From NCBI GenBank assembly GCA_038064595.1, contig JBBTSV010000001.1:1915-65914 (forward strand): a stretch of DNA of 64,000 nucleotides, given 5' to 3'. Both the position numbers and the translations under genes were made by a program. A model generated the notes under the pieces. It worked only from the letters and a program-made list of their open reading frames with translations, was not told where the DNA came from and searched no databases. Within the stretch, counting starts at the first letter, position 1. Each line of letters opens with the position of its first letter. Below, piece after piece: positions 1 to 9,196 of this stretch. This DNA comes from Patescibacteria group bacterium. GTDB taxonomy: Bacteria; Patescibacteriota; Minisyncoccia; Phycocordibacterales; Phycocordibacteraceae.

Positions 1-639
1 AAGGGGCAGTGGTTTGTGATCTCTCCTTCGGCGGCATCCTCGACAGCACGCGGCTACGGGAGTGATTTCTCATATATCGCACGCTCTATTTCTGAAACAG
101 AGGTTGCCTACAAAGAGCAGCGCGCCGCGACTGTCGAGGTGGGGAAGAAGGTAAATCAGCTCGCCGAGAAGCATCGCCTCTTCACCTTCAAAACACAGCC
201 GAAAAAAGAAAATGTCGAGGGGCAGACCCTCTATCGGTATCAGCTCGATATCCGCAAAGAGGCCATTATCCCGTTTGTCAAAGACGTGGTTGAGGAGACC
301 AAGAACGACAGAGCGTTCAGCTTCCTCAACGATCCGGGGCTGCTCTCGTATCTGGAGAGCGAGGACTTTGACACCACCTTTGCCTATCTGAAGCACAACG
401 TCTTCTACACCGTGTGGACCGACCGTGACGGGTTCCCGGCGGTGCTTGAGTATCGGATGCGTGTCGTGCCGCCCGACACCGCGATGCAGCTTAAGGGCAA
501 ACAGATCGACCTTACTTTCAAATTGAATCTCGCTGAGATTAATAAAGGCGTGAATATCGAAGCACCGAAGGATGCTAAGCCGATCGAGAAGGTGATCGAA
601 GAGATGAGTAAAAACAAAAATTCCAGCTCACTTTTTTAG
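1..639 (+). CDS. hypothetical protein, 5'-truncated by window edge
   Basis: Open frame runs from the window start to TAG at 637-639; no family recognised. Confidence 0.7.
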   Translation, partial: KGQWFVISPSAASSTARGYGSDFSYIARSISETEVAYKEQRAATVEVGKKVNQLAEKHRLFTFKTQPKKENVEGQTLYRYQLDIRKEAIIPFVKDVVEETKNDRAFSFLNDPGLLSYLESEDFDTTFAYLKHNVFYTVWTDRDGFPAVLEYRMRVVPPDTAMQLKGKQIDLTFKLNLAEINKGVNIEAPKDAKPIEKVIEEMSKNKNSSSLF

Positions 640-674
640 ATTGAGTTTGTGTGGTAGAAAGATAAGGCACAGAA

Positions 675-747
675 GCCGCCTTAGCTCAGTTGGTAGAGCA
701 ACCCCTTCGTAAGGGGTAGGTCCTCAGTTCAAATCTGAGAGGCGGCT
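675..747 (+). tRNA. tRNA-Thr(CGT)
   Basis: Acceptor GCCGCCT/AGGCGGC, anticodon arm ACCCC-TTCGTAA-GGGGT, T loop GTTCAAAT; CCA not encoded. Confidence 0.95.
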
Positions 748-768
748 CTAGGGGGTGTGGATAGAGGG

Positions 769-797
769 TTGACAAATATTTGACAGAGCTTTATTAT
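769..797 (+). promoter_or_regulatory. sigma70 promoter TTGACA-17-TATTAT, 6 nt before ATG 804
   Basis: Consensus -35 at 769-774, -10 at 792-797. Confidence 0.7.
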
Positions 798-803
798 TAT
801 TGC

Positions 804-1163
804 ATGGAAAATCCTGAAATGTGGAAGAGTGGAAGTCGTGCGGCGGAAAACAGGGCGAGTGAGCGTGCTTGGGTTGACTCCCTGTCTGGTGAGCAAGAGG
901 CTAACGCCAAGCTCGAGGCAGCGCGGGAGGTTGATCAAATCGATGCGCAGTTGATCGAACTCGACAATAACTTACAAGAATTGCAGACCAAGCTCGCAGA
1001 AGGGAACGCCAAGGCCGCGACTATAGGGGCAGATGAAGGCCTGCGCAAGCTCTCGATTACTCTTGGACGTCAGTTGCAGGCTGAGATTACTGCTCTCGAG
1101 ACACAACGCACCTCGCTCACTGATCGAAAGGCAAAACTTTCCTCATCGGGTACGCTTCAGTGA
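804..1163 (+). CDS. hypothetical coiled-coil protein
   Basis: ORF MENPEMW... with heptad-like composition; start chosen from the promoter position. Confidence 0.7.
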   Translation: MENPEMWKSGSRAAENRASERAWVDSLSGEQEANAKLEAAREVDQIDAQLIELDNNLQELQTKLAEGNAKAATIGADEGLRKLSITLGRQLQAEITALETQRTSLTDRKAKLSSSGTLQ

Positions 1164-1175
1164 TCGTTCTGGGTC

Positions 1176-2051
1176 ATGGAGGATCGAGAGACGCGACTAT
1201 TAGCATTGGAGGCGCTGATGGCGTCGCCAGAGTTTTGGAGTGATAAAGAGGAGGCACAGCGCCTCGTCGCCGAGTATCAAAACCTCAAGGAAGGGATATC
1301 TGGCGATCCGCATGACGCGGGCAACGCCACCCTAGCTATCCTCGCGGGCGCAGGCGGAGACGACGCTGAAGACTTTGCCCGCCTCCTCCGGCGAATGTAT
1401 GAAGGCTACGCTGATAAGAAGGGGTGGCGTGTGCGTGAGCTGCATGCCAATGAGAACGACCACGGCGGGTACCGTAATCTCCTCCTTGAGATCTCGGGCT
1501 CTCTCGCCTATGGCCGACTGAAACATGAAGCAGGGGTGCATAGGCTTGTTCGCCAGTCTCCCTTTAATGCCAACGCAAAGCGGCAGACAAGCTTTGCGCT
1601 CGTTGAGGTGCTCCCGACTCTGGTAGCAAGCGACAAAGTCGAGCTTTCTCCAGACGATCTGGAGATCCAGTTCGCCCGCTCGGGCGGCGCAGGCGGCCAG
1701 AACGTGAATAAGCGTGAGACCGCGGTACGAATAGTCCACACGCCCTCCAATCTCTCTGTGCACGTCTCAAGCGAGCGCAGCCAGCTCGCCAACCGTGAGA
1801 AGGCGATGGAGCTCCTCAAAGCCAAAATATACAGAAAACAGGAGCAGGAGCAGGAGCGGGAGGCAAAAGGCCGGTCAATTGCAGCGACCACGGCGAATGA
1901 GTGGGGGAGTCAGATCCGCTCCTATGTGCTCCACCCCTATAAGATGGTGAAGGACCACCGTACCGAGTATGAATCCGGGAATCCCGAGAAGGTCCTTGAG
2001 GGCGATCTCGACGGCTTCATAGACGCGATGGAGTCACGTGCGGTAGAATAG
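1176..2051 (+). CDS. prfB: peptide chain release factor 2 (short form)
   Basis: SPF recognition motif (VRQSPF), GGQ motif (GGAGGQNVNK), WGSQIRSYV. Confidence 0.93.
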   Translation: MEDRETRLLALEALMASPEFWSDKEEAQRLVAEYQNLKEGISGDPHDAGNATLAILAGAGGDDAEDFARLLRRMYEGYADKKGWRVRELHANENDHGGYRNLLLEISGSLAYGRLKHEAGVHRLVRQSPFNANAKRQTSFALVEVLPTLVASDKVELSPDDLEIQFARSGGAGGQNVNKRETAVRIVHTPSNLSVHVSSERSQLANREKAMELLKAKIYRKQEQEQEREAKGRSIAATTANEWGSQIRSYVLHPYKMVKDHRTEYESGNPEKVLEGDLDGFIDAMESRAVE

Positions 2052-2058
2052 AGGGGTT

Positions 2059-2736
2059 ATGATCTACTTCGACAAAGTGACAAAGCGGTATGGCGAAACC
2101 GCAGCGCTCGAAGAAGTCAGCCTCTCAGTCGCCCCCAAAGAGTTTATCTCTATCGTTGGTCACTCGGGCGCCGGTAAGACCACCCTCCTGAAGCTCCTCC
2201 TCGCTGAAGAGCGTCCTACCGACGGCTCCGTCTTTTTTGAATCTATCGACATTAACGACCTCCCGAGCTCGGCCTTGCATCACTACCGTCGCAAGATTGG
2301 GATGGTATTTCAAGACTTCCGCCTTATCCCCAACAAGACTGCCTATGAGAACATCGCCTTTGCGATGGAGGCAGCCGGACGCACCGATGATGAGATCGCG
2401 AGCGATGTGCCCTACATTCTCGAGCTGGTGAATCTCGCCGATAAAGCGACCCATTTCCCCGACCAGCTTTCGGGTGGAGAGAAACAGCGCATCGCTATCG
2501 GCCGCGCGATCATCAACCAACCCGAGCTCATCGTTGCCGACGAGCCGACCGGGAATCTCGACCCTATCAACACCTACGAGGTGGTCGAGATCCTCAAGAA
2601 GATCAACGAGCTCGGTACCACGGTGCTGATTACTACTCACAATAAGGGGGTGGTCGACGCGATCGGCAAGCGAGTGGTTACGATCGACCGTGGGCGGATT
2701 GTGCGCGACGATGCGGATGGCAAATATGTCTTATAG
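2059..2736 (+). CDS. ftsE: cell division ATP-binding protein FtsE
   Basis: [34 protein letters not shown]; followed by ftsX. Confidence 0.92.
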   Translation: MIYFDKVTKRYGETAALEEVSLSVAPKEFISIVGHSGAGKTTLLKLLLAEERPTDGSVFFESIDINDLPSSALHHYRRKIGMVFQDFRLIPNKTAYENIAFAMEAAGRTDDEIASDVPYILELVNLADKATHFPDQLSGGEKQRIAIGRAIINQPELIVADEPTGNLDPINTYEVVEILKKINELGTTVLITTHNKGVVDAIGKRVVTIDRGRIVRDDADGKYVL

Positions 2737-2751
2737 CGGTACACTAGGGGT

Positions 2752-3681
2752 ATGAACTGGATGGTCCTCAAACGCATGTTCGTTTCCGGATGGAAGAACT
2801 TTGCCCGCGGCGGCGCGGTCTCAGCCGCGACCGTGGTGATCATGACCGTCACTCTCGCGATTATCGGCTCACTCATTTTTCTCTCGGCACTTCTCTCCTT
2901 CACCCTCACGTCAATCAAGGAAAAGGTGGATGTGTCGGTTTACTTTGTGACCACCGCCAAGGAGTCCGACATTCTTTCTGTACGGAGCCAGATTATGAAG
3001 CTCCCTCAAGTCGCTGAAGTCACGTACACGTCGGCGATCGACGCGCTCGCCGCATTTCGTGCGCGATATGCTACTGACCACCTGACGCTTCAGGCACTTG
3101 AAGAGGTGGGCGGTAATCCATTCAACGCGTCACTTTCCGTACGGGCAAAGGATCCTTCAGAGTACGAAAGTATTGTTAACTTTCTTGAAGCGTCTCCGAC
3201 ACTCTCTTCAGGCGGTACGTCAATTGTCGACCGTATCAACTACGATGCTAACAAGAAAGAAACGATCGACCGTCTCTCACTCTGGATCCAGGCGGCCGAT
3301 AGGATTGGTCTTGTAGTGAGTATCCTCTTTGCGCTTGCGTCGATCCTTATTGCGTTTGCTACCGTGCGTCTCGCGATCTATACCGCCAAAGACGAGATCG
3401 CGGTCATGCGGCTTGTGGGAGCGAGCAATGCGTACATCCAAGGCCCCTTCATAGTGACGGGGCTCATCACCGGTGGGTTTGCCGCCGGTTTGGTGCTTCT
3501 CCTGTTGTGGGGAGGGACGTCGTATGCCGGTGAGCGGATGGCGGTATGGTTGGGCGGCTTTAACGTCGCGTCATATTTCAGTGCACACTTCACACTCATT
3601 TTTCTCATCCTTGCTGGATCGGGGATCCTCCTTGGGGCGCTGGCATCACTACTTGCTATCCACAAGTATCTGAAGGCATAA
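2752..3681 (+). CDS. ftsX: cell division permease FtsX
   Basis: EIAVMRLVGAS...IQGPF motif, TM pattern, downstream of ftsE. Confidence 0.9.
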   Translation: MNWMVLKRMFVSGWKNFARGGAVSAATVVIMTVTLAIIGSLIFLSALLSFTLTSIKEKVDVSVYFVTTAKESDILSVRSQIMKLPQVAEVTYTSAIDALAAFRARYATDHLTLQALEEVGGNPFNASLSVRAKDPSEYESIVNFLEASPTLSSGGTSIVDRINYDANKKETIDRLSLWIQAADRIGLVVSILFALASILIAFATVRLAIYTAKDEIAVMRLVGASNAYIQGPFIVTGLITGGFAAGLVLLLLWGGTSYAGERMAVWLGGFNVASYFSAHFTLIFLILAGSGILLGALASLLAIHKYLKA

Positions 3682-3690
3682 TCCACGGGT

Positions 3691-5349
3691 ATGGCAACTG
3701 AAGGACATAAGTACGTATTTGTACTCGGCGGCGTCATGAGCGGCGTTGGGAAGGGTGTCGTGACGAGTTCCCTAGGCCTCCTTCTTCAGGAAAAGGGGTA
3801 CCCGGTAAATCTGGTCAAGGTCGATCCCTACCTTAATGTCGATGCGGGGACGATGAATCCCACCGAACACGGGGAAGTTTTTGTGCTCCGGAGCGGGCTC
3901 GAGACTGATCAGGATATGGGGAACTACGAGCGCTTCCTCAACCGCGATCTCACTAATGAGGACTACATGACAAGCGGTATGGTCTACCAGTCTGTTATCG
4001 CGCGCGAGCGCGCGCTCGGCTATCACGGTAAGTGTGTCGAGGCTATCCCGCACGTTCGTGATGAGATCCTCTCGCGCATCCAGAACGCGGCTGCCTACAA
4101 CGGCAGCCGCGTTTCTGTTATCGAGATTGGGGGAACGATTGGCGACTTCCAAAATGCGCTTTTTATCGAAGCGGCGCGGGTGCTGAAGATGAATCATCCA
4201 AACGACGTTCTTTTTGTCATCGTTTCCTATCTTCCCACTCCGGGTACGCTTGGAGAGATGAAAACGAAGCCCACCCAGACCGCCGTGCGCGATCTTAATT
4301 CGTACGGCGTGCAACCAGATTTTATCGTCGCGCGCTCTAAGGAACCGGTCGACGAAAAACGGAAAGAGAAGCTCGCGATTTGGTGTAATGTGCGTAAAGA
4401 TCGGATCATCAGTGCGCCGGACATCAAGAGCATCTACGAAGCGCCACTCAATTTCGAAAAAGATAAGCTCGGGGAGGCGGTGCTTGATGCGCTCCACCTT
4501 CCCGCGAAGAAAAAGGCTTCACTCACCGCGTGGAAGAAATTTGCTGCTGCCGTTGCGAGCACTAAGGCGCCAGAGGTACAGATTGCGATTGTGGGGAAAT
4601 ATTTTGACACGGGGGACTTTGTCCTTTCTGACGCGTATCTTTCGGTTATTGAGGCACTCAAGTTTTCAGCAGCAAAGCTTGGGCTTCGTGTGAAGCTCTC
4701 GTGGGTTAATGCAAAAGAGCTCGAGAAGAAGGGTGCTGATATGCGCGCGCTTCTTGGAAAGTACCACGGGATCTTGGTGCCGGGCGGCTTTGGTGAGTCG
4801 GGAGTGGAAGGGAAAATCAAAGCGATCCGCTTTGCCCGAGAACACAAGGTGCCTTACTTCGGTCTCTGCTACGGTATGCAGCTTATGGTGGTTGAATACG
4901 CGCGCAATGTCTTGAAGTTGAAAGACGCTCACACGACCGAGATCAAGAAGAGTGCGAAGGATCCGGTGGTCGACGTGATGCTCGAGCAGAAGAAACACCT
5001 CGCTGACAATAAGTATGGCGGCACGATGCGGCTTGGCGTCTACCCCTGCTACCTAAAGAAAGGGAGTGTGGCTCGCGCCGCGTATAAGAAAGAGCTTATC
5101 GAGGAGCGCCACCGTCACCGCTATGAGATCAACGCCGCATACGTGAAGCCGCTTGAAGCTGCCGGTCTCATCTTCTCCGGCACCTCACCTGACGGTGTGC
5201 TCATGGAGATCGCCGAGCTTCCTACTCATACCCACCCCTTCATGCTGGGTACCCAATTCCACCCCGAGCTCCAAGCGCGCCCCCTCGCCCCGCATCCTTT
5301 ATTTACCGAGTTCCTCCGTGCTGCCGCTACCCACAAGCGCAAGAAATAA
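3691..5349 (+). CDS. pyrG: CTP synthase
   Basis: GGVMSGVGKG, DPYLNVDAGTMNPTEHGEVF, GLCYGMQ, RHRHRYE, QFHPE. Confidence 0.98.
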   Translation: MATEGHKYVFVLGGVMSGVGKGVVTSSLGLLLQEKGYPVNLVKVDPYLNVDAGTMNPTEHGEVFVLRSGLETDQDMGNYERFLNRDLTNEDYMTSGMVYQSVIARERALGYHGKCVEAIPHVRDEILSRIQNAAAYNGSRVSVIEIGGTIGDFQNALFIEAARVLKMNHPNDVLFVIVSYLPTPGTLGEMKTKPTQTAVRDLNSYGVQPDFIVARSKEPVDEKRKEKLAIWCNVRKDRIISAPDIKSIYEAPLNFEKDKLGEAVLDALHLPAKKKASLTAWKKFAAAVASTKAPEVQIAIVGKYFDTGDFVLSDAYLSVIEALKFSAAKLGLRVKLSWVNAKELEKKGADMRALLGKYHGILVPGGFGESGVEGKIKAIRFAREHKVPYFGLCYGMQLMVVEYARNVLKLKDAHTTEIKKSAKDPVVDVMLEQKKHLADNKYGGTMRLGVYPCYLKKGSVARAAYKKELIEERHRHRYEINAAYVKPLEAAGLIFSGTSPDGVLMEIAELPTHTHPFMLGTQFHPELQARPLAPHPLFTEFLRAAATHKRKK

Positions 5350-5351
5350 CT

Positions 5352-5891
5352 ATGGCAGTAAAGATTGTCTTTGAAGCACACGGCACAACCTACGATAACG
5401 AGGCACACGTGTCCTCTGGTCACAATGACGTCGAACTCTCTCCACTCGGAGTGGAGCAATCAAAAGAGATGGGCAAACGGTACGAGCACGATCATTTTGA
5501 TGCCATTTTCTGTTCAGATCTGCAACGTGCATATCATTCAGCTGAAATCGCTTTTGGAGAGGGGTTCCCAATTATAAAAGATGCGCGCTTGCGAGAGTGC
5601 GACTATGGAGATTTCACACAACATTCAAGCAGTGAAGTCGATAGTGAAAAACCAAAGCGTATTATCGAACCATTCCCAAACGGAGAAAGCTACGAACAAA
5701 CATCCGGGAGAATGAAGTCGTTTCTGCAAGACCTTATCCGTGGCCATGATGGGAAGCGGGTGATGATTATTGGTCATCGGGCAACCCAGTATGGACTCGA
5801 GCACTGGATTAATGGGCGGTCTCTTGAGGAGATTATTCCAGCACCATGGAAGTGGCAGCCCGGCTGGCTCTACACCCTTCCAGAAGTTTAA
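5352..5891 (+). CDS. histidine phosphatase (phosphoglycerate mutase-like) family protein
   Basis: AHGTT (RHG variant), SDLQRA, LRECDYG, GESY, IIGH. Confidence 0.85.
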   Translation: MAVKIVFEAHGTTYDNEAHVSSGHNDVELSPLGVEQSKEMGKRYEHDHFDAIFCSDLQRAYHSAEIAFGEGFPIIKDARLRECDYGDFTQHSSSEVDSEKPKRIIEPFPNGESYEQTSGRMKSFLQDLIRGHDGKRVMIIGHRATQYGLEHWINGRSLEEIIPAPWKWQPGWLYTLPEV

Positions 5892-6005
5892 CTTCCGCAG
5901 AATGAGTAGTTATTCTGACTGATATAAAATACTACGATATATCATAGTGTTTTTATGCAGTATCCACACAACACAACTCGGTGGCTGCACATTGCTTGTA
6001 CGTGT

Positions 6006-6752
6006 CTAGGTGAGGGCACGGATGTCTTCGGTGAGGGCGTCGACGCGGCTGAAGAAGTGCGGACTCCGGATGTCGCGCGGGCGCGGGAGATCGACCGCAA
6101 TGATCTTCTCGACGCGGCCCGGGTGCGCGTTCATCAGTATGATGGTATCTGAGAGCTCGATGGCGTCGGGGATGAGGTGGTTGACCATAAGCACAGTCAT
6201 GCCATAGGAGCGCCAGATTTTCAACAAATCGGTCTTCAGTGCCTCGGCAGTGATTGTATCGAGGTTTGAGAACGGTTCATCCATGATGAGGAGGTCAGGC
6301 GAGATTGCGAGCGCGCGTGCGAGCCCGACTCTCTGGCGCTGGCCGCCCGAGAGGGCGGCGGGGTAGTGTCGCTCGAGGTGGACAAGCCCGACTTCATCGA
6401 GCTTCTCGCGCGCGACGCGTTCACGCTCTTTGCGTCCCACACCCTCCATCCGGAGACCAAAGGCGACATTCTCAAGCGTTGTGAGCCACGGGAAGAGGGC
6501 ATAATTTTGAAATACCATTGCCGGGCGCTGTACGTTGCGGATAATCTCACCGCTTCGTATCGGCATAAGCCCAAGAATGACACGCAGGAGGGTTGACTTA
6601 CCCGAGCCTGACGGACCAACAAGTGATACAAACGATCCGTGGGGGATAGAGAAGCTGACCTCATGCAGAACCGAGGGGTCCTGCTTCTCTTCGTCGACAA
6701 AACGCGTTGATACACGTGAGAGCACCAGTGCCATGGGAGGGTGGTCGGTCAT
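6006..6752 (-). CDS. NitT/TauT-family ABC transporter ATP-binding protein
   Basis: GPSGSGKST, VFQNYALFPW, LSGGQRQR, DEPF, DLPRPR. Confidence 0.9.
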   Translation of the reverse strand: MTDHPPMALVLSRVSTRFVDEEKQDPSVLHEVSFSIPHGSFVSLVGPSGSGKSTLLRVILGLMPIRSGEIIRNVQRPAMVFQNYALFPWLTTLENVAFGLRMEGVGRKERERVAREKLDEVGLVHLERHYPAALSGGQRQRVGLARALAISPDLLIMDEPFSNLDTITAEALKTDLLKIWRSYGMTVLMVNHLIPDAIELSDTIILMNAHPGRVEKIIAVDLPRPRDIRSPHFFSRVDALTEDIRALT

Positions 6753-6753
6753 G

Positions 6754-7503
6754 TTACTCCGCATAGCGGCGGCTACTCTCTGAGAGGAGGGGCGCCCACA
6801 CGAGTCGGTTCACGATGAAGACGATGACGAGGATACCGAGCGCGCCCGCAACGGCGCTTGGGCTAAGGCCAGAAGCGTCGGCGCCTTTAATAAACGCGCC
6901 AAAGCCTTCACTACTGATAATAATTTCAGCGCCAATCACCGCTTCCCAGCCTATCGCGATACCCACAATTGAACCTGAAAGCACAGCGGGAAATGAGAGA
7001 GGGGCAAGGTAGTGGGTAATGCGGCGAAACCCTGTCGCACCAAAGATGATAGCTGCATCATTCAGATCTTTATGGACACTGCGGATGGTCGTGAGCACGG
7101 CAAAGAGTATGGGCCACACGATAGAGGTGACGGCAAACAAGACGATCATTTTGTCGGTGAAGCCGAAAAAGTAGACAAAGAGGGGGAAGAGAGCAAACGA
7201 GGGAAGGTTCTGGAGGACGTCAAAAAAGGGGAAGAGGAAATCCATAAGGGGACTCCAACCGACGAGAAGGCCGATCCCCACCCCCAGAGCCAGCGCGATA
7301 CCGTACGCAACAATCAGCCGGTATGTTGTCTGAAGAACTGCGTCAGTGAGTATGGGCCAGTCAACATCGGTAAAGTATCCCGTTTCGACAAACAAGACGG
7401 CACCGATAATCACCAGAGTCATCAGGAGCCACGCCAAGCGATTGCGTATCGAGTGCGCGTAGTGGAGCGAACGCGTTTTGGGATGCGAGATGCTCCCGAT
7501 CAT
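6754..7503 (-). CDS. NitT/TauT-family ABC transporter permease
   Basis: TM helices, EAA-like loop DAAIIFGA, W..VIGAE motif. Confidence 0.88.
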   Translation of the reverse strand: MIGSISHPKTRSLHYAHSIRNRLAWLLMTLVIIGAVLFVETGYFTDVDWPILTDAVLQTTYRLIVAYGIALALGVGIGLLVGWSPLMDFLFPFFDVLQNLPSFALFPLFVYFFGFTDKMIVLFAVTSIVWPILFAVLTTIRSVHKDLNDAAIIFGATGFRRITHYLAPLSFPAVLSGSIVGIAIGWEAVIGAEIIISSEGFGAFIKGADASGLSPSAVAGALGILVIVFIVNRLVWAPLLSESSRRYAE

Positions 7504-7532
7504 GAGTTCATTCTAGCGCATCACGGGGTATC

Positions 7533-8462
7533 TCAGGGGAGGGTGTGTGGAGGAGTGGCGTCGCGTTCATCAAACTTGAAACCGCGTGCGACAAGCTCGC
7601 TCCAGAGATAGTTGTACCACAGTCGATATCCTTCACTGCTCGGATGCATTTTGTCTTTGGCATAGTAGCGATCAGGGTTTTCAAAAAATGGATTGGAGGT
7701 GTATTTGTGGATCTTCTCCGTAATAAAAAGCTCGACGAGCGGTAATCCGACCGCATCAGTCGCTCGCGCGAACACGTCGTGCACAATATCAGTACGCCGT
7801 CCGATAACCGAACGGATGAACGCTGGGAAGAAGGGTGCTTGTCCAAGATTTGCGTAAAAAAGTACAACGACGCGTCGATTGCTTTTTGCAATGGCTTGAT
7901 CAAGGAGGCGGCGGAGGTCTCGTTCAAGCGATGTTACACTGGTACGAAACAAAATATCGTTTCCTCCTGTACTTATAACAATCAAATCAAATGTCTGAGA
8001 GTCAGTACGCTCGAGTTGGGTGATGGCATCGCGTACGAGTGATCCATTTACCGCAACGTTGAGAATGGACGTATGAGGGAAATCGCGTCCAAGACGTCCT
8101 GCGATAGTATCTTCTGGCGCATCAGCACCAGTGCCGTACGCAGTACTATCACCAAGGACAAGAATTCGTTTCGGGCCATCACGCTGCGCTGAGTACACGA
8201 CAGGTTTCTTCCACATAAATTGAACCTCATGAAGCAGTGTCCAAATCATGTGGAGTACCTTGAGTGTCACGAGGAGTGCCGTACCTTCTCCAAGTAGGAT
8301 GAGGAATGCTGGGAGGAAGATCTCCACACCGACGGGTCCACCCAAGGAGATTCCATCGACGAGTGACTGTATATTCTCTCTTGTATGAGTGATCGCACCA
8401 CTACCGATACTAACAAAAACATCTCCAACTCGAGAGCCTATCGTGCGAAGAAAATCGGTCAT
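7533..8462 (-). CDS. SGNH/GDSL hydrolase with N-terminal membrane segment
   Basis: LGDSTAYG, GGND, DKMHPSSEGY; ATG overlaps the upstream stop codon. Confidence 0.88.
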   Translation of the reverse strand: MTDFLRTIGSRVGDVFVSIGSGAITHTRENIQSLVDGISLGGPVGVEIFLPAFLILLGEGTALLVTLKVLHMIWTLLHEVQFMWKKPVVYSAQRDGPKRILVLGDSTAYGTGADAPEDTIAGRLGRDFPHTSILNVAVNGSLVRDAITQLERTDSQTFDLIVISTGGNDILFRTSVTSLERDLRRLLDQAIAKSNRRVVVLFYANLGQAPFFPAFIRSVIGRRTDIVHDVFARATDAVGLPLVELFITEKIHKYTSNPFFENPDRYYAKDKMHPSSEGYRLWYNYLWSELVARGFKFDERDATPPHTLP

Positions 8463-9193
8463 GTTAGGAGCGCTCGTATGAGCGTCTCGTGTATCTGACG
8501 ATACCACACTTCATACCCTGCGTCATTTGGATGCATTAAATCACGAGCGAGGAGCTTCTGATCTATAACCGGGTCGTTTTTTTCATGGAAGAGTGATACA
8601 TGCGATACGCCAACCTCGTGCGCAACTTCCTGGTACAATATCTTCATTTGTCTTGAGCGATTGTGATAGAGCGGTAACAGAAAAGGAGGATAGCACAACA
8701 TGAGTCCCGCGTTGTTTGGACTAATAAGCACAATGTTTTTTCCGTACTGTTGACTCCGCGTAAGTATGGTCTTGAGGGAGCGCCGCAGAAGTGCAAGAGG
8801 GGTAAAACAAACAAGGTTCATACCACCAAGCATGATGACAATGAGATCAAATGGAGGGGTGTTTTTCTGAACGCGAGTATCAAGTGCAGTATGCGCGTAG
8901 GAGAGATAGACTCCCGGTTTACTCGCATTTTCAATATGGGCAGTTGGAATCGCAGCAGCAAGTCTCCCAGGGATGGAGTAGCGACCTTCGCTGGCACCTG
9001 TACCGTATCCGGTACTATCACCGATAAAGAGTACGCGCATCGGCGCTTGATCGTTGTGGCGTTCATAAGTGGTAAGCGCCGCACTCAATTCTCGCGAGAT
9101 TCGTAATTGACGGTATACGCGCATAGCTCCACACACGCCGTAGAATATCAGCATTCCGACAACGATACCCACCCCCTGACCGACACCTGTCAT
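8459..9193 (-). CDS. SGNH/GDSL hydrolase
   Basis: IGDSTGYG, DLMHPNDAGY. Confidence 0.88.
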   Translation of the reverse strand: MTGVGQGVGIVVGMLIFYGVCGAMRVYRQLRISRELSAALTTYERHNDQAPMRVLFIGDSTGYGTGASEGRYSIPGRLAAAIPTAHIENASKPGVYLSYAHTALDTRVQKNTPPFDLIVIMLGGMNLVCFTPLALLRRSLKTILTRSQQYGKNIVLISPNNAGLMLCYPPFLLPLYHNRSRQMKILYQEVAHEVGVSHVSLFHEKNDPVIDQKLLARDLMHPNDAGYEVWYRQIHETLIRALLT

Positions 9194-9196
9194 GTT

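Noticed and set aside
1150-1180. prfB programmed +1 frameshift joining ORF 804-1163 to RF2
   Set aside because: The sequence is CTT CAG TGA, not CTT TGA C, and there is no internal SD; RF2 has its own ATG.
6006-7503. ABC importer lacking a substrate-binding protein as a novel system
   Set aside because: The binding protein may be encoded elsewhere in the genome; one window cannot show absence.
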